NCBI GenBank assembly: GCA_001643675.2
Contig: LSRY02000005.1
Location: 1,364,001 to 1,428,000, forward strand
From: Monocercomonoides exilis PA203
Lineage: Eukaryota; Protista; Preaxostyla
Length of the DNA: 64,000 nucleotides
Direction of reading: 5' to 3'
In this document: piece by piece, positions 24,037 to 35,595 of the stretch
Position numbering within the stretch: position 1 is the first letter of the stretch
How the letters are laid out: every line of letters starts with the position of its first letter
Translations under genes and position numbers: made by a program
Notes under the pieces: model-generated
Told to the model about the DNA's origin: nothing
The model's input: the letters and a program-made list of their open reading frames with translations, nothing else
Database searches by the model: none

Positions 24037-25891
24037 ATGGTTTTCATTTTTTTGCTTTCAGTTATTTTCGCAATCAGATCCGAAAGTAACGATGATTCGC
24101 AAATTAAAGTCACTATTTTGCATACAACTGACAGTATGCTTCAATTTTTTATTTCTGGTATTTGACTTTATGCATCAAAAATTACTAAGTGCATGGATGG
24201 ATTAATGGACATTTACACGAGCCAGAATTAGATGCTGACCTTGGAGATTTATATAATTATATTTATTGGAAAAAATCAAGAAAAGATCCAAATGAAATTG
24301 TATTGGCATTTGACACTGGGGATTATACTCAAGGAACAGGACTTAGTGATGCAACACCCGTTCAAGGAGAATTTATTTTTGAGCAAGTTAAAAGGATACC
24401 TTATGATGGATTGTGCATTGGAAATCATGAATTGAGATCAAATGGATGCATTGACAATATTGCAAATAATGTTGCTCCATTTTGGAGAGGAAAGTATTTG
24501 GCGCTGAATGCTCGTCATGTTGATTCGTCCAAACAATTGGGTGGAAAATATTTCACAATTGATCTTCCTAATAATGTTGGAAAGGCACTGGTTTTTGGAT
24601 TTCTTGTATCTTCATGCACTCATGATACAAAATCTGTTCTTTTGACGGTATCTCAGTCATTGAAAGATCCGATGTTCAATCAAGCATTTTCAACTCCAAA
24701 TGTTTCGCTAATAATTTGTTTGTGCCACATTGACACGCCAAATCCTGACGTAGAACTGATTCGAAAGTTTATGAAGTCACACAAGCCAAATATTCCAGTT
24801 GTCATGCTTACTGGACATTCGCATTTAACTAGAATAGAAACTCCAACTCCCGATGACTATGTGATGGAGAGTGGGTTCTACTCGAACGTGATTGGAAATC
24901 TGCAGTTCCATCTGTCAAAGAGCGCATCGAAAGGAAGATACTTTGAGCCTCTTGTTGAGATGGTGGACTACACGCAAAGCTGGGTGGATATGTCGAAAGA
25001 AGCGCTTCAGCAGTCCGCTGGCTTCAACAGCAGCAGCGGGTGGGACACGCCGATGGGCTCATCTATCAAGGCTGCCATCCACAAGAAGGTTGCTGAGCTC
25101 AATCTCACCAGGCAGATTGGGTGCTCACCGAAGCATTTTTCGATGTTTCCGAAGGGCTTTTTCTTTTCCTCTTTGTATGACTTTGTTTTGGATACGGCTT
25201 TCCCCAAGATGTTCAAGAAGCAGCAGCTGGACTACGTCTTTTCGCTTCCGAATTTGGTGTTTAGATGTATTGTTCAATTTTTTTAATTCATTTTTTTTCA
25301 CAATTATTTAATTTCTGCTTTATTTTTCTTATCATAATTATTAAATTCATAACAAATAAAAACTTACTCTCTTTCTCTCTTTCTCTCTTTCTCTCTTTCT
25401 CTCTTTCTCTCTTTCTCTCTTCAGACGATCTCTACAAAGGCCCCATCGTGGAGGATGATCTGTATGCTGTTGATCCATTCAACTACGGCTTGGGTGTGTT
25501 TCCTTCTGTGAGTGCTGCTCATCTGAAGAAAGTGGCTTCGTTACTTGGCTCAACTGTGTTCTCTTCCAATCTGAAGAAGCTGGCAGACGATGAGAAGGTG
25601 AATTTCGTGTTCACCACAAACGAAGCAGCGAATGTGCAGAGCAAGTTTGAGCAGGTTGCGCCTGGGCAGTACAAATGGAATGCTGTTGGGACTTCTGTTA
25701 GAACACTGTTTAGAGATTATGTGATAAGCAACTTGAAGTGGTTTGCTTTTTTAATTAATTATTTTTTTTTTAATTCTTTTATTCATTTATTTTTATTTGT
25801 GATTGATTTTCATATAAAAATAATTGTTATTTTCTTTATATTTTCTGCTTCTCCAATATAGTTAATAGTGATTTTCCTGATTTTTAGTTAA
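24037..25891 (+). CDS. Secreted 5'-nucleotidase-like calcineurin-type metallophosphoesterase; exons 24037-24133, 24190-25266, 25425-25740, plus an uncertain short last exon
   Basis: Signal peptide MVFIFLLSVIFA. Splicing restores HTTDMHGW. Motifs DTGD, GNHE, GHSH; C-terminal FRYDLYKG..DDLYAVDPF after intron 25267-25424. The 3' end is not resolved. Confidence 0.82.
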
Positions 25892-26265
25892 GAATTCTAA
25901 GAGTTCAAATTTTGGTTTTTGGTTTTATCCTCTTCTTCTTCTTCTTCTTCTTCTTCTTCTCTTCAACGAAATCGTTGCAACGAATGAAAGTGATATGTTT
26001 ATTCCTTATCCACAAGCGTATCTCTCGACTGTGAACAATACTAAGCAAAGGTGAATAAGTTGCGTTATCGATTTTTAAACTAATTTTTGTGGATTTATAT
26101 ATTATCTAAAAATTCTAATTATTTTAGCTAATTTATATTTTACTTATATTATCTTTACAGATTCATATCAATAATTTTGAAATGAATTTTTCGAGTTCAA
26201 TAGATAAATAAATTAAAAATTATTCCCATAAATTTTTCATTCATATAACAAAAATCCAATAAAAA

Positions 26266-27409
26266 ATGAAATCTGTCGCTGTGATTGGACATGTGTGCAA
26301 AGACGTTGTGGGTGACGATTTCATGCCAGGGAGCGGAGTGTTCTATGGATGTTGTGCCTTTTTTTCTCTCGGGCAAACATACAACATCTTAACAAAGGTA
26401 ATTGGCACAAATATTTATTGTGTTTCTTCAATTTTGAACTATTTTACTTCACTTCATAGCACAACGAGCAGGACGCAAAGTATTTTCAAACATTGAAAGA
26501 TAATCCTCATTGCCAACAAATGATAGTGACGAACGAAAAATTTCCAACAACGACGTTTCAGGTTCAAAATATGAATAAAAATATTTTTCATATAATGAAA
26601 TGAATACATAAATTTAGAACAGTTATATTGAAGGAAAATCCGATCAGAGGGTTAGTATTGTTAAAGATCGTTCAGCTCTATTCATTGAAGATGATCTGAA
26701 ATTGTTACCAAAAAATGATGAAGGTGTAGCGATTGTAACACCTCTAATTGGAGAATTTCCACCGGAGCTATTTCAAAAACTTGTAGAATTGGGATATCAG
26801 ACAATTGTTACTGATGTGCAAGGATTCACAAGGAAACTCTCACCAGAGGGAACTGTGATGCAAGGCGATTGGGAAGAAAAAGAAAAGTTTTTGCCATTGA
26901 TAACTGTATTAAAGATCGATAATAAGGAATCAATGGTTTTATTTGGAACTCCTGATTTAAGAAAAGGAAGTGTTGAATTGCTGAAAAGAGGAGTGAAAGT
27001 ATGCTATTTGATTGTTTTAAATACAAAATAATTGCATTTTATCTATTTCTTCCAACAAGATTGTTGTAGCAACATCAGCAGAAGGGGTTTTGTTTTCTAG
27101 TTATCCAGAATCATCACAGCCATTTTCTGAAGAGAAGTGTGTGTTTGAATGGAGAGAATGGAAGCAGCCAAAAACGGCTGAATGCAGGACTGGAAGAGGT
27201 TTGCTTCTTTTTGAAAATGATTGTATTAATGCGCAAATCAAACAGGAGATACAACTTTGTTCTCCTTTGTTCATTTTTTCCTCTTGCGTAAGCTTCCTTT
27301 TGCGACTGCTTGCACACTCACTGCTTCTATCACTGAAGCGAAAATGCAAGTGATGGGGCCACTAACCCCATCTGTCGTTGAAGATGTGAAGAAAATAACA
27401 TCGTGGTGA
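26266..27409 (+). CDS. PfkB/ribokinase-family carbohydrate or nucleoside kinase (305 aa); exons 26266-26397, 26460-26561, 26618-26998, 27060-27198, 27246-27409
   Basis: Four GT-AG introns give a continuous frame with N-terminal VIGHVCKD, DVQGF, LKIDNKE and the anion-hole motif RTGRGDT. Confidence 0.85.
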
Positions 27410-27533
27410 TAGATGCATCAAATGAGGCTTTATTTATGTAGAAAGTATCTATTTAATTTTTGTATTTTAAAATTTTTTGCACAAATAAATAGATTTTTTT
27501 TTTGTTGTATCATTAATTTTTTATTCACCAAAG

Positions 27534-28838
27534 TCAGAATCTAGTTTTCCCATGATGGATTCTGTTCAACTGCAAGATTAAACAGAGAAAATCAGTTTTT
27601 TATGTTAAAAAAAGTTAAAGGAAGTCACATAAATAAACTTTAAACATTATTTCTTCGTAATATATTTCGTTTCGAAACAAAGATGAAATTCAAATAAAAG
27701 TGCAAAAAGAAAAAATGCTCAAAGCCGATACAGGAAAATTTGCATGGCCGAGTTGAGCAGATCCAATTGTAAGCAAAATTAAAAACAATACATAAACTGT
27801 TACAATGTGGAGGAAGCAACGTTTTTTTTAATTTTTCTCCTAGTATCCTCTAATATCTTTGCATTTCGAAGTATATTAAACATCTGTCCATTTAACTGAA
27901 ATGAAATAGACTTTTGTTCATTTTTCGAACTCTGACATCAAACCGGCAAAAGCTCCAGCGATGCAGCCTGGAACCATCATTCGAATGAGATGATGTTCAT
28001 ATAATGCCCTCCAAACAGCTTCAATCGCACCTTCGATAATTCCAAGCTGCAAAGAAAAATTAGCATAAATTTTAATTTAAAAAATGCATAATTAATCAGA
28101 AAGCATTTAAAATAAAAATCAAATAAAAAATTCACATGATATGGCAACAATTCTTTGGGAAAAAAAAAACCTGAGAATGACCAAATATTCCATCCATCGC
28201 CCCAACAACTGCATAAACAATTTGAATGAGTGTAAGCGAGAGTCCTCCTCCAAATGCAAATCCAAAGCAACTCAAAAAAAATTTTGCTGCAAGCGATCCC
28301 TCTCTGTTTGTATTGCAAACAAGAGGGCACAGAAATGGAAAATAAGTGTAAATGAATCGTGTGTTAAAGCTTCTAAGCCAATATTGCGTATCGTATAGCG
28401 CATCAACAGCACTTTGTGGTAAAGGATGACATAAGCTGAAAACCAAATGAAAACTAATTTTTAAAGTAGTTTTTTTGAAGAATGAGTTACACAAATTGAA
28501 TAGATTTGAAGCAAACATCTCTCCAAAAACAATTCCCACAAAAAATCCTATAATCATTCTTGCAATAACTAATTTACTTCGAGAAAGTAATCCGAAGTCT
28601 CCTGATAATTGAGCATTTAAATTTTTTTCTAAATAAACTTACAAACCAAGAACTGTCAAAAAAATGACTGTCAAGATAATTTTGAACATTTGAAGTTAAA
28701 AATTGATTTGAAAATAAAACCTGCCCCAATCAGTGGCGCTTCCCCATTGTACGAATACAAAAGTTTTGTGCAGAAAAACACAATAACAGAAAATACCAAA
28801 AACAAGACCCAAAAAAATAGATTGTCAGATGATGGCAT
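27534..28838 (-). pseudogene. Multi-pass membrane protein of unknown function with apparent frameshifts at homopolymers (pseudogene or assembly errors); boundaries approximate
   Basis: Several hydrophobic exon fragments (FFWVLFLVFSVIVFF, IIGFFVGIVFG, FFLSCFGFAFGGG, VYVLFLILLTIG) with GT-AG introns. The frame only continues with +/-1 shifts at A/T runs near 28160, 27921 and 27822. Confidence 0.45.
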
Positions 28839-29059
28839 TAAAAACAAGTAAATATTTAAAATTACTCGATGACGATATTCGTCTCGGGCCAATTGAGCTT
28901 ATTTCCCAAAGTCAATTTTGGGAAAATATCCAAATGAGGGGCTTAAAAGATCATATTTAAATTGATTCTCAACTTTGCTTCAATCTTCCTTTAAAAAATG
29001 AATGTTATCAATTTTACAAAGTGTTTGATGAATGGCTTTAATAGAATAATCCAGGATGA

Positions 29060-30085
29060 TCATTCTCCTTCAGTTTGGCCATCATCATTTAATTGATCGT
29101 CTGTAAAAATCAACAATAAATTCAATATTAATAAAAATAAAAAGAAGAATCAAACCGTCTGAAGGAGAAGTCCAAAACACGAAATTATCTTGCATTAATT
29201 GCATTATAAAAATTGTTTCAGCTGATTCTTCTTCACTGAGATCATTTATTCCAAGAAGAGCATCGTCATAAGCTTCTTTAAGTATTCTGCACGCGCTCTC
29301 TGGGTGATTAAGTATATCCATACAAAATACAGAAAAATTCATTGCAAGTGATAGACGGACTGGATTTGTTGGTGGATAAATTGCAAATGCAAGTTTACAA
29401 CCATCTCTATAAGAAGAAAGCGCATTTTCCGCTGCTGTGAATCGTGAAACTCCACTTAGGTATTCGCATTGATATCGATGATAATCTCCTTTCCTTAAAT
29501 AAATTCAAATTTCCAATCAAAATCGAAATTTTATAAAGTTGTGAAATAAAATTTTAAAAAATTTACAATTAAAGAATTTTATTTATAATTAAAAAACTTA
29601 ATTAAATTTTAGGAGCAAACATTTTTAAATAAAAAACTCTTGCATCAAGGGAATCTGCATGAGGCAAAAGAACGGTATCAAGCAGTAATAAAATTTCAGC
29701 GCAACTATCTGATATTTCTTTCTCAAAGCGTTGTCTTTGTTCAGAAACAACTTCTGCAAGCTTAACATTTCCTTTAGCATCTTCTTGTTGTTCCACAGTG
29801 GAAAATAAGCGCCAAGTATCTCTTTTCGTAATAATATCATTTTTATATGCATAAGAAAAAAGTGCTCTTTCTTCTCCCGATAGAACTCCAAATTTATCTA
29901 CAAGAGATTTCATTAACACCTTCAATTCTTGCAAATGATGAACAAAATCGCAAAAAAAATGAAAAAATAAATCGATCAAAAATAAGCTTCCAAAAAAATC
30001 AATAAATCAATATACCCTTAAAATTTGAAGATTCTTTTAAAAGTTGTGCAGTAAATAATATTTCTTCTCTTTCTTTGTCTGACAT
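29060..30085 (-). CDS. 14-3-3 family protein, divergent (251 aa); exons 30085-30016, 29927-29621, 29493-29156, 29100-29060
   Basis: EERALFSYAYKN, FYLKMKGDYHRY, PTNPVRLSLAMNFSVF, IMQLMQDNFVFWT; three introns restore the frame. Confidence 0.92.
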
Positions 30086-30348
30086 TTCGAAAATATTTCT
30101 ATTTCTGATCTTTTAACCTTTATGAAATAAAAAAACTTCATGAAAATTGAGTTATTTACGAAATATGAATTATATTTTCGTAAATTATGTCTTCATAAAT
30201 AAACAAGTTTGTCATAATAACAACTCATTCGATTTTTGTTATTTATGGGTCTATCCCATATGTGTTTCAAGGATCCATTTTGGGAGTTTATTGCTCTAAT
30301 AATCTTTCAAGAAGAGGAATTAGTTTTATTTAAATTCATAATTTATTC

Positions 30349-32025
30349 ATGCAATATGAAAAAGAGTTAGGCTTTGGATATTGTGATTTTGCAAAACGTG
30401 ATGATGGAGCGAAGCACCATACAGAAACAGGCATTTACAAGGATTGCGGAATTAGAAGGAATTTTTCATCCACCAAAGGAGGGATGGAAATAGAACACAA
30501 AAATGAATACGAAACGTTGGGGGCATTTCAACACAAATTTGGTATTGACTATTTTTATGAAAACATTTATCCAATGTTCCCAATGCCTCTTCTGAGTTCA
30601 TATATTACGTCTGAAATGCTGATACATAATACGGCAAAGATTGTTTCTCGTATTATTGCGGAATTGAGCATTCTCTGCACATTTAATTCAACAACTAATT
30701 CAAAGATTGAAAATTGTTGCAGTATGTGCCAAAAAGCGGGTCTTCATGAAGTTGCGCATCATTTTTGTCAGGAAGGGTATTTTAAAGAAGGAAATCATTC
30801 AATTGGAAATGATTCGCTTGAATTACAAAAAGAAATGGAAAATGCTGCTTGTGAAGCTTATGCTCAATTATTACGTGTAATAATAAAGCTGAAAGAAAAA
30901 TTTCGTCTAAGAGAAACTGAACTTATTCAAGGGGTAATAATGTTTAATAAGTTCTGCAGTAGGCATTGGCGTTGCAGTTGCTTCATTTTATTTGCTCGTC
31001 TCTTGAAGACAATGTTTCTTGTGTGTGTAATGGTTGCACATAAGACGAGCGCTGACGTGTGCATTAAAAACGGAGCATGGGCTTCTAACTTTGGAATTTC
31101 TATAAATGCACTTAACGAATATGAGCGTGATTTTTTAGTTATGATGGATTATGATATTATTTCCAGTGTCGAGGAGTATGAAGAATGCTGCAATGTGATT
31201 ATCAAAGGAGAAACTTCATCAAATTCAACTAGATGTGGCTTTGTGTCCCCAGAATTACAACATACTTGTACATTTACTGCTTCTGCATCGTCATCTTTGT
31301 CTTGTTCCACTAGGCCTTTCTGTGAAATTCCGCTTTTGCCGGTTCCATTGTCCCATCCACAGATGGACGAACAAGCTGTATCTTCTGAATCATTGCATTC
31401 TTCTGAGTCAAGATTTTCTTCAAGCAATACATCAGGCATGATTAAAGCATCAATGTCATATGACATTTCCTCATCATCTGCACCAACTCTAAAGTCGTCA
31501 CCTTCCACGCAAACAGCCCCTTCAACAGAAAGAATGAGTCTCTCTTCTCCAGATGCCTGTTCATCTGTTGCTTCTTCATTTTCATCAGGCAGTCTTACGC
31601 AATCGAGAAGTTCTTCAATTGACTCTGATATTGTTTCCACGAGTGAGAATTCATCAGTGATGGTGGTGGACTCAGCAGCATCATCAGCCCCTGCAACTTA
31701 TTTGAGAGATTCGTCTTCACTTTCGCCTTCTTTTAACGAAACGCATTCTTCCTCGGATATGTTCTCAAGTGCATCACAAACGAAAGTTTCTGAACAATGT
31801 GACAAAATGCTAACAACTTGTTCTTCGTGTGTGAATGATACACAGACATTTTCGAAAATTCAGGATCTGAATAGCTCTTCACACAGGCAAATTGCTTGCT
31901 CAGCAATCGGTGGATTCAATTCAGCTTTTATCAACCCGACTTTAATATCGTTGATGCAATGCGAGTCAAGCAAGTGCTATTTATCTAAATGCAACAATAA
32001 GCTTATAAGAGTGAAAGGGAAATAA
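30349..32025 (+). CDS. PHO80/PCL (cyclin P/U)-like cyclin with Ser-rich C-terminal tail (558 aa)
   Basis: Cyclin-box-like FLVCVMVAHKTSADVCIKNGAWASNFGISINALNEYERDFLVMMDYDI. Confidence 0.8.
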   Translation: MQYEKELGFGYCDFAKRDDGAKHHTETGIYKDCGIRRNFSSTKGGMEIEHKNEYETLGAFQHKFGIDYFYENIYPMFPMPLLSSYITSEMLIHNTAKIVSRIIAELSILCTFNSTTNSKIENCCSMCQKAGLHEVAHHFCQEGYFKEGNHSIGNDSLELQKEMENAACEAYAQLLRVIIKLKEKFRLRETELIQGVIMFNKFCSRHWRCSCFILFARLLKTMFLVCVMVAHKTSADVCIKNGAWASNFGISINALNEYERDFLVMMDYDIISSVEEYEECCNVIIKGETSSNSTRCGFVSPELQHTCTFTASASSSLSCSTRPFCEIPLLPVPLSHPQMDEQAVSSESLHSSESRFSSSNTSGMIKASMSYDISSSSAPTLKSSPSTQTAPSTERMSLSSPDACSSVASSFSSGSLTQSRSSSIDSDIVSTSENSSVMVVDSAASSAPATYLRDSSSLSPSFNETHSSSDMFSSASQTKVSEQCDKMLTTCSSCVNDTQTFSKIQDLNSSSHRQIACSAIGGFNSAFINPTLISLMQCESSKCYLSKCNNKLIRVKGK

Positions 32026-33630
32026 AGATTGAATGGAAGGAGTTGAGGAGGGAGTAAGTTAAAAATAATAGTGTTCCAAGGAAGAATGAAAGGATCCAAA
32101 CGCAAAAGAAATTAAGTGTTTTGTTCATAGAACTAATTGATCACTGACGGATGTTAAATTTATATCTGCTCATATTTAATTTTTACTTGCGATGAAGCTA
32201 ATCAAAAGCTGAGAGTCATAATTTATACTTGCTTCAATTGAGAAGAAAGCGAAAATACACTTTTGTGGATGATGATTCGACTTAAGCGGAAATGAATTGT
32301 TTTCTAAAGGATCGAAAAGATTCTGAATTTAATTTTTGTATATTAATTGGATTAGAGAAAAGTATATGTTTTTAATTTAAATTGAAAGAGAGAGAAGGGG
32401 GAAGGAGATAAAGAGTTTTCTTCAAAACATATTTGCACGAATAATTGGAGAGTTTGGAAAGGAGCAAACTCTGAGATGGGATGATTGATATTCCATGCTA
32501 TTCGGATATTGTTTTATGAAGATTTTGTTTTGAGAGGAGGAAATTAGTGGGTGGGGAAAATATTTTTAATTTTTTAATTACTATTATTAAAATAACTGTT
32601 GTATACTTCAATTGCCTTCTTCTTTAACTTCTTCAATTTGTTTGTTTAAATATATTTTTTTTTAAAGAAAGTTCATTGTTATCTTTTTGTGAGTCATTGG
32701 AGACTTTTGAATGAATCAAGCGTTCATCAGTTCCATATTATTAAATTGGAAGCAAAAAGAAGAGTGAAGATTGGTTATCGTTTTTGGTTCTGTTATATAT
32801 CATTGCATTAGTTGAGACGTTGTCTATATCTATAATTTGAATAACTCACAAAATGCAAATATTCATTCTGTGATTTAGCTTTATTGTTATTTTTAATTTT
32901 GAAGGAATTATAAATATGCTTTTTGGTTTATATTTTTTTTTTCTTAAGTTCTTAATAATATTTTTTTTTTCAGTTTTCAATAATTGTGGGTGAATAAATA
33001 TTGTTTTATTATGATTTATATTCTATCACATAGTTGTTTTATTAAGCTCACTAAACATTGGAACGGTTTTTTGTTTATTTTATTTTTGGAAGAAGGCAAT
33101 AATTAATTATAATTATTCTTTTTGTTTTGAACATTTTTGAATGCACTTTTTCAATGTTGTTTACACTTTAACTTTGAAGAAGAGGTGATTCATTCTGTGA
33201 TGTATCACAAGTTATAATTCTGTTGAGTAATGGACGGTGAGAACCATTCATTGTATTTTTATTGATTGACTTTCAGGTTTGTGTATGAGCTAAAGTCATT
33301 TTATGATGACTTGCACTCGATTTTTATCAAAAATCATTTATGATGCTGCTTTAATTTTTTGCATTATTTATGCTGGAGTTCGGTAACACGCGTTATATTA
33401 TCTGAACATTCTTTTTTCTGGTTGAATTGTGCGATTAGAAGATTGAACTTACCGAGTTAACGAAATTTAAATAATTACTAAAAATGAATGAAAATGATAA
33501 AAATAAGATTTCAATTGCAAAGTTCCACGAGAAAAAAAATCGTCGTTCTCATCATTTTCCAAGGTGTGTTTTAACCAACTTTCAAATAAAAATGTTGTTG
33601 ATTCGTGTTTTCCTGATGATTTATCCATTT

Positions 33631-33886
33631 GGGTGATAATTATTGAATTCATAGCTTTTTTCAGTGTGTTTATTTTAATGAAATTTCTTTTCATTCAACA
33701 AAATAATATTCATTCAAATATGAAGTGTTTATCAAACGTTTCAAAAGTCAAATAGAGAAATGAAAAAACAGGAGAGGCATCACTAAATAATTTATCACTT
33801 TTCAGGTTCAAATGAAAAATATTCATAACAAATCATTATACGAAATTTTTTTAACTGAAAAAATATGATTTCAAAAATTATCACCA
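33631..33886. mobile_element. MITE family 3 (single degenerate copy)
   Basis: Left end GGGTGATAATTATTGAATTCATAGCTTTTTTCAGT versus reverse complement of the right end TGGTGATAATTTTTGAAATCATATTTTTTCAGT. No intact TSD. Confidence 0.6.
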
Positions 33887-34426
33887 GCAAATAAGCATTT
33901 TTTCAGTTTCGGATTAATTTTTCTTTCTTTCATAAAGATATCAGAATCACAGATTATATCAACTCCATCGAATACATGCGGGAAAGGATTAAAAAAGTTG
34001 TTCACGTTCTTTTACAAAAAAAAGGAAAGAATAAAAAGAAGGAAGATCACAGTTCGATTTTCAACATTCAGGGCAAATTGTTTATGTGAAACTATTGTGG
34101 AATCTCGATTTGTGAACTGTTTGCAAATATGGAAAGTGCGCGAACAAGTTTATTCCACTTTCATAATAAATAAATTATAATAAAAATGTTTTGATGGAAT
34201 AAGTTAAAAATTACAAAAGTCACTTTGGTTTAATTTATGAGAACGTTTCAATGGTTTCTGCCTATTAATTTGTGAAATGAAATCCAGAGCTTGAAAGAAA
34301 TTATCCAAAAAATGCGAATATTAAGTACCTTGCTGTGTCATGTCAAAGTATTCTTCAGCCTTGGTATACATTTTTTCGTAATTAAACTGGAAAAAATGAC
34401 TATTGTGAAGAATTAACATTCAATAT

Positions 34427-34666
34427 GGGTAATTCTTTTTCGAAAATCGCAAATGGTTTATTAACAAATAAATAAAAAAAATCATATTTTCTCCATATTT
34501 TTGTTTCCACTCGCGAATCTTCTTAAGAATGTTTGAAATAGCATTATCCAAAAATAGATTCCATTTTCGTGAGGTTTGGAGTATGTCAACAAAAAATTGA
34601 GCAAAATATGAAATTTTTGATTTATTTGAAATTACAACATTAGCAACTTTTCAAAAAGAATAACCC
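34427..34666. mobile_element. MITE family 2 (240 bp), AT flanks on both sides
   Basis: TIR GGGTAATTCTTTTTCGAAAATCGCAAATG / CATTAGCAACTTTTCAAAAAGAATAACCC. The interior matches the reverse complement of the 40876-41115 interior. Confidence 0.8.
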
Positions 34667-34699
34667 ATATGGATGAATAATGACTTAGGATTCCTTCAA

Positions 34700-35050
34700 A
34701 CTCGAAACAAAGCGTGGAACATTCGAAAAATAAAAAACCTATGTGCTGCTAAGAACACCCAAAAACAGAAAATTTTCACAACAGTTGCTTCTGTTGCTAT
34801 ATATGGACCAGCATTTCCTTCTCCACTTCTGTAGCCTTGTTTGAGACTTAAGATAAAATGAAGCCGCTGCTGTCACAAGGGACAGATATCAAGCCAAATG
34901 GAAGTGATTGGATAAGAAACATGTCCAAAACACACTCATTTACAATTCTCCTTCATTCAATCATCGATTGAAGAAAGCACATTTCACTGTTAAAATCTCG
35001 CTGCTTGCATCTTATAAAAACCCTCGTTTTTTACGCAAATTCAGCAATCT
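34700..35050 (-). pseudogene. Possible decayed reverse-transcriptase fragment
   Basis: A minus frame reads FLIQSLPFGLISVP (LPFGLxxAP-like) amid stops. Single motif only. Confidence 0.25.
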
Positions 35051-35350
35051 CGCGAGAATAAAAAAAAAAATAAAGTAATTGATGAAACATTCATTTCTCA
35101 CAGTGAGCACATCGTCCAACTACTCTTAAAAAGAGTTTTCACAATTTTCGAAATTGAACTGAAAACAAAAGACGAACCTCCATCTTCATCGAAGAAATAA
35201 TTAAAAACTGCTTTTGTTGAAGTTCTTCCGCAAGCAATTCACTCTTCCGTCTCGCATGCAATAATCAAAAAGGTCTTCTTTTTCAGAAGTGTCTTTTGGT
35301 ATCTGACAGTCATCATATAATTTTTTTGAAATCAAAAAATCGCATTTATT

Positions 35351-35358
35351 CACACACA

Positions 35359-35390
<32 letters not shown>
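35351..35390. repeat. (CA)n microsatellite
   Basis: Directly visible. Confidence 0.9.
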
Positions 35391-35595
35391 TTCAGGTTCA
35401 ACTTGTTAGAAAAGTTTATTTTTCATAAAAAGCTTTTGAGGTGTTGTGAAAAAAATAAATAATCAATTTCTGAAGAAACAATCAAAGAAAAAGACTGAAG
35501 ACAATTTGTATTTTCAGTGGAATGGATATATACTGAAAAAAATTTTTTTAATTGAAAATTGATGATTGGTTATTCAAGATACTTCCCGAAAATAT

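Noticed and set aside
32400-32530. Peptide SFLQNIFARIIGEF..RWDD*YSMLFGYC resembling a DDE transposase C-terminus
   Set aside because: It is too short and degenerate, and no flanking TIRs were identified.
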